A stretch of DNA of 33,718 bases from Bacteroidota bacterium (lineage in GTDB: Bacteria > Bacteroidota > Bacteroidia > 2-12-FULL-35-15): positions 1-33,718 of the forward strand of contig JAPLDC010000098.1 of NCBI GenBank assembly GCA_026391935.1, in the 5' to 3' direction. Positions 9,401 through 18,503 of this stretch are shown piece by piece. The notes below the pieces were generated by a model. That model had not been told where the DNA came from. It worked only from the letters and a program-made list of their open reading frames with translations, and did not search any database. Numbering within the stretch: position 1 is the first letter of the stretch; every line of letters starts with the position of its first letter. The position numbers were made by a program, and so were the translations under genes.

Positions 9401-10331
9401 CATACTGAACTTCAGGATAAACGCTACACCTATAAATCAAGTCTGTCGCATTTTCTGCTAGCATCCTGAATTTTTCTTCGCTCTCTTTTATCTTTTTTTC
9501 GTTTGCTTTATACTTACTAATATCGCGGATAGAAGTAACGCGTGCTGGTTCTCCTTTATAAATAATTTCAGTTCCTAATAATTCAGCCCAAAACGCCTTC
9601 TTTCCTTTACGAAGCATTTGAACTTCATAGGGTGTTTCAATTTTGTTTTTTACATTCTCAAAAACGATCTTATGAAAATCGGGGTGAATAAATTTTAAAA
9701 TGGGTTGGTTAATCATTTCTTTGTCAGAATACTGAAATGTTTTTCGCAAGGCGTTATTTATTTCAACCACTTTCCCATCCTTATGTATTGCAATGCCTTC
9801 AAAAGCTGAATCGGAAAGTTTTTTAAATTTTTCTTCACTATTCTCCAGCGCTTTTTTTGTTACTACAACTTCTGTAATATCAACGATATCAATAATAGCC
9901 GCAACTACTTTTTTATTTTCAAAATGTGGTGTTACTCTAGAAGAATAAAATGCTTTTTGCCCTTTTTTGCCGGTACCGGAAATTTCATATTGTTGATATT
10001 TCCCTTTAGTAAATACAATATTCAGCGCCTTCTTAACGACCGAATGATATTCTTTCTCAATAAATTTATATGCTGACTGACCAATTATTTCGTTTCTTCT
10101 TGCACTATGAATAAGATCATTATTATCAATGATATTACCCTTTTTGTCAAGAACTAAAATAGTGTGTTCAGAATTTTTGAAATACGAATCCCATTTGGAA
10201 TCTTTTGGTGCGGATGTTTTTTTTACTTTTGCAGTAACCTCTTGCTTTTTTTGTTCCAACAAAAGAACCTTCCTCTGAAGTTTTTTCACTTCAGAAAGTA
10301 GCTGATTCTTCGTTTTTTTTGAGAGCGTCAT
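6453..10331 (-). CDS. Soluble multi-PAS sensor histidine kinase (HisKA_2 / HATPase_c)
   Basis: 1292-aa ORF with no hydrophobic segment and an N-terminal coiled coil. Eight successive ~120-aa PAS/PAC-like modules are separated by E/K-rich linkers. The HisKA_2-type H-box is [23 protein letters not shown] and the ATPase boxes are [20 protein letters not shown] and GLQLV. Confidence 0.95.
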   Translation of the reverse strand: [1292 protein letters not shown]

Positions 10332-10348
10332 TAACTATAATCGTTCTG

Positions 10349-11794
10349 TTATTTTATACTAGGCTCTGATGTTGATGTTTCGGGAAGCACCTTAATTCCG
10401 TCAAACCTAATTTCAATATCGTTTTTATAAAGTATTGTCAAAAATAAAAATCCCGCCTCATCATAATACTTCCATTCTCCCTCTTTTAATCCACCTAAAT
10501 ATTTTCCTGTTTGTCGCTCTTTGCCATTCAGGTAATAATATATTTGCATTCCATCTGGAACACCATCAATAAATTTACCTACAAAACGAAGCTTGCCATT
10601 TTCTGTAAAATAGTGCTTCCATTCGCCTTCCCTTTGATCGTTCTTAAAATTTCCTTCTTCTTTGTATTCCTGCAATTCCAATATCCACGGGCCTTCTTTT
10701 AAGCCATCGATAAAATCTCCTTTTGTTATTACTTTCCCGGAATCACAATATTCTATCATCGTTCCATCTTGCAGATCGTTGCGATAATTTTCTTCCCGTA
10801 ATAAATTTCCACTTTCGTAATACCACTTCCATGGACCTTGAGCTCTGCCTTTCTTATCGTATTTCCCAATTTGTTCAACTTTTTTATTTGGATGATAAAA
10901 TATCCAGTCGCCAATTCTTTTACCGTTTAAATATTCTCCTTTTGATTTTAATTCACCATTGGGATGAAATTCTTTCCAAGGTCCCTGTTGTCGACCGGCA
11001 GTATCCAATATCCCTTCACCCGTTAAAACTCCATCAACATAAACTTTAGCGTCTATTACATTCCCGTCAGGAGAAAACTCACGATGAATTCCTTCTGCTA
11101 CGCCATCCCGATAAGTACCTGTAAATTTAACAACGCCTGATTCGTAGTAGGCTGTTTTTACATCTAATTTTGCCAGTTCCGGAGCATTTGTCTGGATAAC
11201 ACCGTTTATATATTTTGTAGTATTTAACAAGCTTCCATTGGGTCCATATTCTTTAAAGTAGCCGTTCATCTTATCATCAGAAAAGTTTACCTCGTTTTTC
11301 ACGATTCCAGATCTATAAAACTCTTTCCACATTCCTTGCTTTAAACCTGCACCATCTCTACGGTTCACCTTTTCTTCCCGTTGAATAAAACCCATTTTAT
11401 ATTGCGTGATTGTAATGACGGTGCTATCTATAGATAGCTCGTATCCTTGCCCCTCTTCTTTTCCGGCAACGAAAGGAATAACCTGTTTCACTTTAACAGA
11501 ACCCAAAGTAGAGTCAGCAAGTTTTACAGGCTTATGAAAAATAGTCGTGTTTCCTTGTTTAACATCATTTTCAAAGCTTTCGGAAACAATGATGTTGCCC
11601 TCTTTTGTATCGTATGTATTCTTTAAACCGGTTTTTTTTCCCTCTTTGTAATTAAACACAAAAGCCAACTTTCCTTGTTCACTATAAAATTTCCATACAC
11701 TATCCAACTGGAAATTTTTCCTGTTACCTTCTGATTTTAATACTCCTGTTTGGGAATATGTTTTCCAGTAGCCGTCTGGTTTACCATCGCGCAT
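10349..11794 (-). CDS. MORN-variant (MORN_2 / YwqK-type) repeat protein, no signal peptide
   Basis: 481-aa ORF made almost entirely of tandem ~23-aa repeats of the form G.W..Y..nG.l...g.y.nG...G (on the order of 15-20 copies). The ORF begins inside a repeat (MRDGKPDGYWKTY), with an in-frame stop 4 codons upstream. Confidence 0.85.
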   Translation of the reverse strand: MRDGKPDGYWKTYSQTGVLKSEGNRKNFQLDSVWKFYSEQGKLAFVFNYKEGKKTGLKNTYDTKEGNIIVSESFENDVKQGNTTIFHKPVKLADSTLGSVKVKQVIPFVAGKEEGQGYELSIDSTVITITQYKMGFIQREEKVNRRDGAGLKQGMWKEFYRSGIVKNEVNFSDDKMNGYFKEYGPNGSLLNTTKYINGVIQTNAPELAKLDVKTAYYESGVVKFTGTYRDGVAEGIHREFSPDGNVIDAKVYVDGVLTGEGILDTAGRQQGPWKEFHPNGELKSKGEYLNGKRIGDWIFYHPNKKVEQIGKYDKKGRAQGPWKWYYESGNLLREENYRNDLQDGTMIEYCDSGKVITKGDFIDGLKEGPWILELQEYKEEGNFKNDQREGEWKHYFTENGKLRFVGKFIDGVPDGMQIYYYLNGKERQTGKYLGGLKEGEWKYYDEAGFLFLTILYKNDIEIRFDGIKVLPETSTSEPSIK

Positions 11795-11868
11795 TGGCCC
11801 TTTTTAAAAAGAAAAAATGCCGTGAATTATTATTACGGTGCAATTACAAATGATTCCGAAAAAAACAA

Positions 11869-13872
11869 TTACTCTTTGTTTGAAGAAAACGTTGAAATAG
11901 CTATAATCTGGATCTTTCGCTCCAAAGCTGCTGCAGGATTATAAATGGAGTTTTTTGTGTCGTAATAGTCGTCGCTCACATTTGGCCGGGCCTTTAGCTC
12001 ACCAATATCTTCATTAAAAAAGGTGATCTTCCCTTCTTCCGGATTCGGATTGTCAATATATTTTACAAGAATGCCGCCTTGATATTCAATAAAATAATTC
12101 CTTAAACTTGATATTCTTCTTTTAGCAAGATTGACGTTATAATCTGTGGAAGCAAGCGGGCTGCAATAACCTTTCATGGTAATTGTCACTTTTTCATTGT
12201 CCTTCAACACCTTTACTAATAGTTGTGCAAATTTATCCAGGTCCTGCATTCCTGCATCTACAGAGTCTTCAAACAAGTTATCGATGTCTCCATATGCTCT
12301 TTCAATGTCGCCACCTTTTGCTCCTTTTGAATATTCCTTTTTATACAATTCATGCATAGCAGAATAATCCTCATATGTTTTTCTGTAATTCTTTGTTGTT
12401 GTGATCGCCAGTGTTTTTTTGTCCGGCTCATCATTGTGAAAATATAAGGTAAGCGGCACAAGCAATTTCATCTGGGTAACAAAAACCTGGGTGCTGTCAA
12501 CCTTTTTAGGCGGCTCTTCTATCTTTGGAAGCTTCACCATATAAATATCATTGCAACAACTTTCTTTTTCCTCGAAGAAAGAGCCTGTGCGGTTAGAGGA
12601 AATAAATGCTTCTGTTTTTTTTGAATTGATAGAAAAATAAATGTCGTTGAAATTACTGTTAAATGGCAATCCCAGATTTTTAGGTTCTCCAAGTTCGTTG
12701 TTTTTGAAATCGCTTTTAAAAATATCGAAGCCTCCCAATCCTTTGTGCCAATTAGAACTAAAAAACAATTCCTGGCAAGGTTTGCAATAAAACGGTGTGA
12801 TCTCATCATCAATAGAATTAACCTTTTTCCCCGCATTTATTGCTTTACCATACGATCCGTCCTTATTAATTTTGCTGTACCAAATATCCATTTTGCCTTC
12901 TCCGCCGGGACGATTTGAAGCAAAGAACAACACCTCTTCATCTCCTAAAAATCCGATTGCGGGTTGTGTATTTGTATAATTTTTGACATTTATTTCAGGG
13001 GGCAATTTTTGCAAAGTACTCCATTGACCATTCTTAAAATCAGAAGAATAAATTTCACAATTAAAATCCATTGAATTTTTTTGAACACATCGTGTAATAA
13101 AAACTTTTGTAAAATCCGCATTAAACGCTGTATTCGCATTATGAACACCCTGATGATTAAAAAGTGTATCTAACTCAACAACTTTTTTCCATTTTATAGA
13201 ATCCTGAATTGAAGTATAAATTTTATTGTAATTAACGCTGTGTTTTTTATCGCGATCTTTTCCATCGCGCAAAGAAGAAAAATATAAAAGGCTATCTACT
13301 TGTATAGGCGCATATTCAGAAACCTTGCTGTTTACAGTACTATCCAGATGTATGATGCTAACACTTTTATCCGGACTCGCCATTAAAAGTTGAGCGAAGT
13401 CACAAGCAGCAACTTCCTGAATTGCCTTTTTTACAAAATAATTGTCCTTCTTTTTTTTGTTCTTCTTTGCATATTTGTCGAACATCTTTTTTGCATCCTT
13501 ATAATTTCCCCTGTTCTTCTTAATTGTCGCCAACCAAAAGGAGCACTCAGGATAAAGTTTTCCCATCGCATCTTTCTTGATTACCTTGGAATACCAGTGT
13601 TCTGCAATCGCGTAATCAAAGTTTAAACGACTTGCTTCTGCGTATTTATATTGAAGAGCAATGTCACTGGAATCTTGCAGAATGGCTTTATTGTAATATG
13701 CAGCAGCAGAAAAAAAATCATTATCAGCAAACGCTTTGTCCCCATCAGCAAGAAGCGCTTTTGTTTTTTGAGCGAAAATGGGAGCGCCGAGAAAAAAGAA
13801 ACATGCAACAAGGACACAAAGAGTTTTTGCATTCATAAAACGATTTCTTATAGTTTGCTTATCATATTTCAT
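11869..13872 (-). CDS. TPR / PD40 (TolB-like beta-propeller) / OmpA-like C-terminal domain protein
   Basis: 667-aa ORF. An alternative start at M13 (nt 13836) gives a cleaner signal peptide, LCVLVACFFFLGAPIFAQ. The N-terminus is helical and TPR-like. PD40-type repeats follow (SEYAPIQ...LYFSSLRD; LFFASNRPGGEGKMDIWYS; DEITPFY...LFFSSN; GGFDIFKS). The C-terminal segment is OmpA-like (ITMKGYCSPLASTDYNVNLAKRRISSLRNYF). Confidence 0.82.
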   Translation of the reverse strand: MKYDKQTIRNRFMNAKTLCVLVACFFFLGAPIFAQKTKALLADGDKAFADNDFFSAAAYYNKAILQDSSDIALQYKYAEASRLNFDYAIAEHWYSKVIKKDAMGKLYPECSFWLATIKKNRGNYKDAKKMFDKYAKKNKKKKDNYFVKKAIQEVAACDFAQLLMASPDKSVSIIHLDSTVNSKVSEYAPIQVDSLLYFSSLRDGKDRDKKHSVNYNKIYTSIQDSIKWKKVVELDTLFNHQGVHNANTAFNADFTKVFITRCVQKNSMDFNCEIYSSDFKNGQWSTLQKLPPEINVKNYTNTQPAIGFLGDEEVLFFASNRPGGEGKMDIWYSKINKDGSYGKAINAGKKVNSIDDEITPFYCKPCQELFFSSNWHKGLGGFDIFKSDFKNNELGEPKNLGLPFNSNFNDIYFSINSKKTEAFISSNRTGSFFEEKESCCNDIYMVKLPKIEEPPKKVDSTQVFVTQMKLLVPLTLYFHNDEPDKKTLAITTTKNYRKTYEDYSAMHELYKKEYSKGAKGGDIERAYGDIDNLFEDSVDAGMQDLDKFAQLLVKVLKDNEKVTITMKGYCSPLASTDYNVNLAKRRISSLRNYFIEYQGGILVKYIDNPNPEEGKITFFNEDIGELKARPNVSDDYYDTKNSIYNPAAALERKIQIIAISTFSSNKE

Positions 13873-13875
13873 ACG

Positions 13876-14892
13876 CTACATGTAAATTGGGCAAACTCGT
13901 TTTTTAGCAATAAAAGGGGTAACTTTTTTGAGGATATAGATCACAGAAATTTCAAAACCTCCTCTGTGATTTGTTGCTGCAATCAGCTTTGACGTGTTCA
14001 CGTCATAACTCACTCCGACATTAAAATTCATATAATCCATATTCGCAACCAAAATAAATGCATCTTTCATACGATAAAATCCACCAAGAGAAACAGCGGT
14101 TGTCATGCCATCAACAGGCCTCAAATGATATTTTCCAAAAATCCCGACAACAGTTTCCTGAAACTTTCCTTGGCGTTGATATAACACTGTTGGCAAAACA
14201 TCTAATTGTCCTGAAACTGGGAATTCGGCAACTCCACTTATGCAGGTTTTTACATCTAAACGAATTTCATCATTGTTAAAGAACGATTGTTTAGGCCTGT
14301 TCATATGCAAAGCAGACATACCAACATTTACTAGTGTGCGATTATTTTTTCTCCAAAGGTAGGCTAAGCCTCCACCAAGATCGAGGTAGGTAATTCTTGT
14401 TTTTGGAAAATTTTCACCACTCGGCAATGAGGCGTTGTAACTGTCTCCATCGTATTGGTTGTCGAACGTAAGTGCGGCAACGTTAAAGCTTTTTGAGGTA
14501 ATACCCGGTTGAAATCCAACAGAAATAAAGTGCGTAGAATCTTTGTTTAATTTTTTTACGTATGCTCCAGAGACAAAAATTTGTGTTGTTGTAAATTTCG
14601 AATCTCCTGATTTATCTGTGTTAATAACCAATCCAAGAGCAGGGACATCGTTCTCTAGTTTGGTTTTCAGACGGGTATCTGTTGCTAAAGAAAAGGTTCT
14701 GTAAGGAACAGGGATCACCGACCATTGACTTCTGAAATTTCCAACAAACCTCCAATCACCATCAAACAAGCCTGTTTGAGCAGGATTAAGATTTTGTGGC
14801 GATGCATTGAATTGAGAATAATGAATATCCTGAGCGTGAATGAAATTCACACTAAAGACAATTAAAAATAATATGACCTTATTTTTTTTCAC
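13876..14892 (-). CDS. PorP/SprF-family type IX secretion system membrane protein
   Basis: 338-aa ORF with a signal peptide followed by the hallmark motif AQDIHYSQFNASPQNLNPAQTG. The remainder has a beta-barrel-like alternating pattern. It starts 7 nt after the cargo gene stop. Confidence 0.93.
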   Translation of the reverse strand: MKKNKVILFLIVFSVNFIHAQDIHYSQFNASPQNLNPAQTGLFDGDWRFVGNFRSQWSVIPVPYRTFSLATDTRLKTKLENDVPALGLVINTDKSGDSKFTTTQIFVSGAYVKKLNKDSTHFISVGFQPGITSKSFNVAALTFDNQYDGDSYNASLPSGENFPKTRITYLDLGGGLAYLWRKNNRTLVNVGMSALHMNRPKQSFFNNDEIRLDVKTCISGVAEFPVSGQLDVLPTVLYQRQGKFQETVVGIFGKYHLRPVDGMTTAVSLGGFYRMKDAFILVANMDYMNFNVGVSYDVNTSKLIAATNHRGGFEISVIYILKKVTPFIAKKRVCPIYM

Positions 14893-14899
14893 CCTTCTT

Positions 14900-17800
14900 T
14901 TATCTGATCAATGTTGTATTTCCTTGCTTTTTCAGTTCATCGCCATTATAACATTTTACTGTTAAATACCATGCAAATACAGCGGGGTCAACCTTCATGC
15001 CTTTATAAACTCCACTCCAACCAACATTTTGATCTTTTGTTTCAAAAACCAATTCACCCCAACGATTATAAACTGCAAAATATAATTCGGAGATCATATT
15101 TCCTCTTACGTATAAAACATCATTTTGTCCGTCATTATTCGGAGTAAAAGTATTTGGCACAAAAACATCAGCAGGATTGCACTTCATCGATAAAACATAA
15201 ATCGTAATTGTTGCTGTTTTCGGACAACCCGATGAATCAATCACGGTCAAGGTATACGTTGTAGTGCTTGTCGGAGACGCTGTTGGATTGAATGAAGCGG
15301 GATCACTTAATCCGGTTGCAGGGCTCCACAAGATCGTTAGGGTCGTATCTGTGATCGCATGAATTATTGTTGAGCCTCCTTCGAAAATACTGTCAGCATC
15401 CGCTGATGCAGAAATAGGAAATAGTGCCGGGTCAATAACTGTAACGGTTGTAGACAATGTCACAATACAAGTATCACCTAAAGAATTCACGGTTGAAATA
15501 TTCACGGTATAGGTGGTTGTAGCCAAAGGACTTGCAACAGGATTAGAAATAGTTGCGTTGTTTAAACTTGATGAAGGAGACCAACTATAGGCAAATCCTC
15601 CGGTAGCAGACAAAGGCGCACTTCCTCCGTCACAAATTATAGTATTTGGATTTATTGTTGTTCCCCCGGAATTGTCAAAGCTGAGTGAAGTTGTATCGGC
15701 ACACCCATTTGCATTGGTTGCAATTAGTGTTACCACATAGCTTCCTGATGAAGGATAAGTATGATTTGGATTTTGAAGGAAGGAAGATGCGCCATCACCA
15801 AAGTCCCATTGCCAAGAAGTTGGACTAATTGCAGAAGAATCTGTTAATAAAATATTATTAGAACAAGGAGGGCTAGCCAAGCCAAAATTTGCCGTAATTC
15901 CGGGATACACAGTTATCACTGTAAAGGCGGTGTCTGAAATTTTACAGGCATTATTATATAAGATCAAAGTAACTGTATACGTTCCGGGTGTTGGGAAAAC
16001 GTGTGTTGGATTATAGATCAATGATGTTGTGTCGCCTCCTCCAAAATTCCAAAGGTAGGTGCCGGTTGCAGAACTTTGATTACTGAAGGTAACAGAAAAA
16101 GGTGCGCACCCTGCTGCTGTATCAATTGTAAAATCAGCATTTACAGGAGGTACTTGAAAATCAAATTTAAATGTTCCGTTATTACAATTTGTAGCATGAT
16201 TAACATTAGCTCCTGTGTTTGGCCAAGAACCGGGTGTTACAGGAAAATCATCGTTACCGCCACATCCAGCACAAACGGATTGATAGATTATTCCTTTTTT
16301 ATCAAATCGGCTGGTGCCTCCATCCACATGTTCCCAACTAGTTCCTCCACCAAAATAAGTGGCATAAACAAGGGCCGATGCATCTGCAGAAAGAACGATC
16401 AAATAAAAATTATGACCATCGGTGGTGGGTTGAATTGCATCCGCTGTTAATGGCATTCCGGAAGTATAGGTAACAGGTGGAACAATTTTTCCGCCCCAAC
16501 CGGAGACATAAATATTTTTACAATCATCCACCAAAAAGGCAGATGGAGATATGTTTGGCGTTCCGCTGCCATTTCCAAAAACAGTTGAAAAACCAAGTAT
16601 TGTAAGCTTTGAGTTCATTCTTGTGATAAACTGCCCGCTATTTGCATTACTGTAAACACCTGCCGTAACAGGCATCAATCCTTCTGTTTGGCCTACAACA
16701 TAAATATTACTGTCCTTATCGATCTGAATAAAATAACATTGGTCGTAGGCTGGTGTCCCCCAATAAGTAGAAGCAAGAAGCGCTGTCCCATCCTTTTTTA
16801 TTTTTGCGATATATCCATCAGCTTTCCCACCTTGATAGGTTGTGTGAAGCACTCCCGGGGTTGAAGGAAAATTATTACTTCTTGTTCCTCCTGTTATGTA
16901 TACGTTTAATGAGTCGTCAAGAGCCAACGCGTATCCGGCATCATTATCTGTTCCACCAAGATAGGTGCTCCAAAGTAAAACAGAAAAATCACTGTTAAAT
17001 TTAAACGCGACTGCATCTTGTTCTCCACCCATTGTATTATCGAAACCATTTACTATTGGAAAATTACCTGATCTTGTAGAGCTTGCTATGTAGGCATTTC
17101 CAGCAGCATCAACATTGATCTCTCCGCGATATTGATCACCATAATTATATTGTAAAGAATCGGCAGGAAACTCATAGGTTGTTCCCGAAAAAAGGACACT
17201 GTCATTATTCACATTTACACCGTCATTCATTGTCCCGCCAATATAGGTGGAAGCCATTAATGTGGTTCCTGTTGGATTAAACTTCGCGACATAAATATCT
17301 GTTCCATTATCGAAAAAAGAGCCGTTATAAATAAAGTGCAGCAATATTCCGCCATTAAAAGTTGTGTCATATGCTGTCGGAGTAACAGGAAAATCTGAGG
17401 AACCGGTTGCTCCATAAAGTAAAAGGTTTTCAGAATTATCCACCACTAAACTAGTTACAATTTCTGTTCCTGTAGCACCTCCGATATAAGTAGAATATTG
17501 CAAAAATGTTCCCGAGGAATCGTATTTTGTAATTACCACATCTGTTCTGCCATAAGCTGTTGCGCCATTAAAGGTCATATCAAACGCACCAAGAGTAGTT
17601 GGAAAACCAATATCAAAACAAGTGCCTCCCGAATACAGATCGCCCTCTGCATCATAAGTCGCTGTCATTCCAAAATTATCCGCTGTTGAGCCCGAAGAAC
17701 AAGCAAACACAAGGATCGGATCAATAATAAGCTCTACATTTTTGTTATATCCTTCAGGGAACCGGAAAGTTATAGTATTGCTTTTCAAAACAAATTCGCA

Positions 17801-18463
17801 AGGCACCTCTACCTCATACCCGTCAATATACTGATATGCGAAGGGCTTCTGCTCCACCATTTCGTTGACGCTTGTCCGTAACTGAAGGTTTCCTTTTTCG
17901 ATGTTTATTTTATCAAGCCCTTCATAAAAAAGGGAGATGTCTTTGGGATTTGCATTGGGTGCGACAATCAAATTATACTTCACACTATTTTGCATTCCTA
18001 ACACCTGAAGATCAATTCCTGCATATAGCTGTTTGTAATTTACTTCTCTGAAATTTTTCGCATTCCCCGCCCACCTGTTTTTGTCTTTTCCAATAAAATA
18101 ATTACAATAATCCGGGGTTAACTGTTTCGATGAGGTTTGAACAGATGCCGAAGCATTTATAAAAGTCATACGAAAAGCGTGTGAGCGAACTGGCTCACCA
18201 AGATTTTTTTTGTTTCTTCCTAAGTGGTTGTTACGAAGCGTTTCTTTGTCGTAAAAATTATACGTAAACGCATTTTTTTGAAGGAACATAGCACCTCCAT
18301 CCAACTGGGCACGATAGAGTATTTTACTATCCCATTGCTTTTTATTTTCAGTAAACTTTATTGCACTTTGAGATTCATTGCTTTTGAGATGCTGAGCAGA
18401 TGCATGAAAAAAAAACAGGCACAGAAAAAGAAAAGTATAATGTTTTTTATCTGTGAATGTCAT
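14900..18463 (-). CDS. Large secreted SBBP beta-propeller-repeat / PKD protein with T9SS type-B C-terminal domain (adhesin-like cargo)
   Basis: 1187-aa ORF with a signal peptide (FLFLCLFFFHASAQ). SBBP-type repeats are present (YIGGATGTE...YGATGSSDFPVTPTAYD; YLGGTDNDAGYALALDDSLNVYITGGTRSNNFPSTPG). There are two PKD domains (WNFGGGDTT...GTYTVTLI; WDFGDGASS...GSYVVTLIATN) and two Ig-like repeats (YSWSPSSSLNN...TTTYTV; ILWSPATGLSD...TTTYTLTV). The C-terminus VPNTFTPNNDGQNDVLYVRG...YNRWGELVF...GNTTLIR is a type-B CTD. Confidence 0.92.
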   Translation of the reverse strand: MTFTDKKHYTFLFLCLFFFHASAQHLKSNESQSAIKFTENKKQWDSKILYRAQLDGGAMFLQKNAFTYNFYDKETLRNNHLGRNKKNLGEPVRSHAFRMTFINASASVQTSSKQLTPDYCNYFIGKDKNRWAGNAKNFREVNYKQLYAGIDLQVLGMQNSVKYNLIVAPNANPKDISLFYEGLDKINIEKGNLQLRTSVNEMVEQKPFAYQYIDGYEVEVPCEFVLKSNTITFRFPEGYNKNVELIIDPILVFACSSGSTADNFGMTATYDAEGDLYSGGTCFDIGFPTTLGAFDMTFNGATAYGRTDVVITKYDSSGTFLQYSTYIGGATGTEIVTSLVVDNSENLLLYGATGSSDFPVTPTAYDTTFNGGILLHFIYNGSFFDNGTDIYVAKFNPTGTTLMASTYIGGTMNDGVNVNNDSVLFSGTTYEFPADSLQYNYGDQYRGEINVDAAGNAYIASSTRSGNFPIVNGFDNTMGGEQDAVAFKFNSDFSVLLWSTYLGGTDNDAGYALALDDSLNVYITGGTRSNNFPSTPGVLHTTYQGGKADGYIAKIKKDGTALLASTYWGTPAYDQCYFIQIDKDSNIYVVGQTEGLMPVTAGVYSNANSGQFITRMNSKLTILGFSTVFGNGSGTPNISPSAFLVDDCKNIYVSGWGGKIVPPVTYTSGMPLTADAIQPTTDGHNFYLIVLSADASALVYATYFGGGTSWEHVDGGTSRFDKKGIIYQSVCAGCGGNDDFPVTPGSWPNTGANVNHATNCNNGTFKFDFQVPPVNADFTIDTAAGCAPFSVTFSNQSSATGTYLWNFGGGDTTSLIYNPTHVFPTPGTYTVTLILYNNACKISDTAFTVITVYPGITANFGLASPPCSNNILLTDSSAISPTSWQWDFGDGASSFLQNPNHTYPSSGSYVVTLIATNANGCADTTSLSFDNSGGTTINPNTIICDGGSAPLSATGGFAYSWSPSSSLNNATISNPVASPLATTTYTVNISTVNSLGDTCIVTLSTTVTVIDPALFPISASADADSIFEGGSTIIHAITDTTLTILWSPATGLSDPASFNPTASPTSTTTYTLTVIDSSGCPKTATITIYVLSMKCNPADVFVPNTFTPNNDGQNDVLYVRGNMISELYFAVYNRWGELVFETKDQNVGWSGVYKGMKVDPAVFAWYLTVKCYNGDELKKQGNTTLIR

Positions 18464-18503
18464 TTTAAGAGAGTCGTTATTATATTAATGCTCATGCTAC
18501 TAT

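Noticed and set aside
11818-11840. Hairpin plus T-tract (minus strand) between the OmpA-like and MORN genes as a terminator
   Set aside because: It has only 4 Watson-Crick pairs (CCGT/ACGG), 2 wobble pairs and an 11-nt loop, which is too weak to call a terminator. It is mentioned only as a possible attenuation point.
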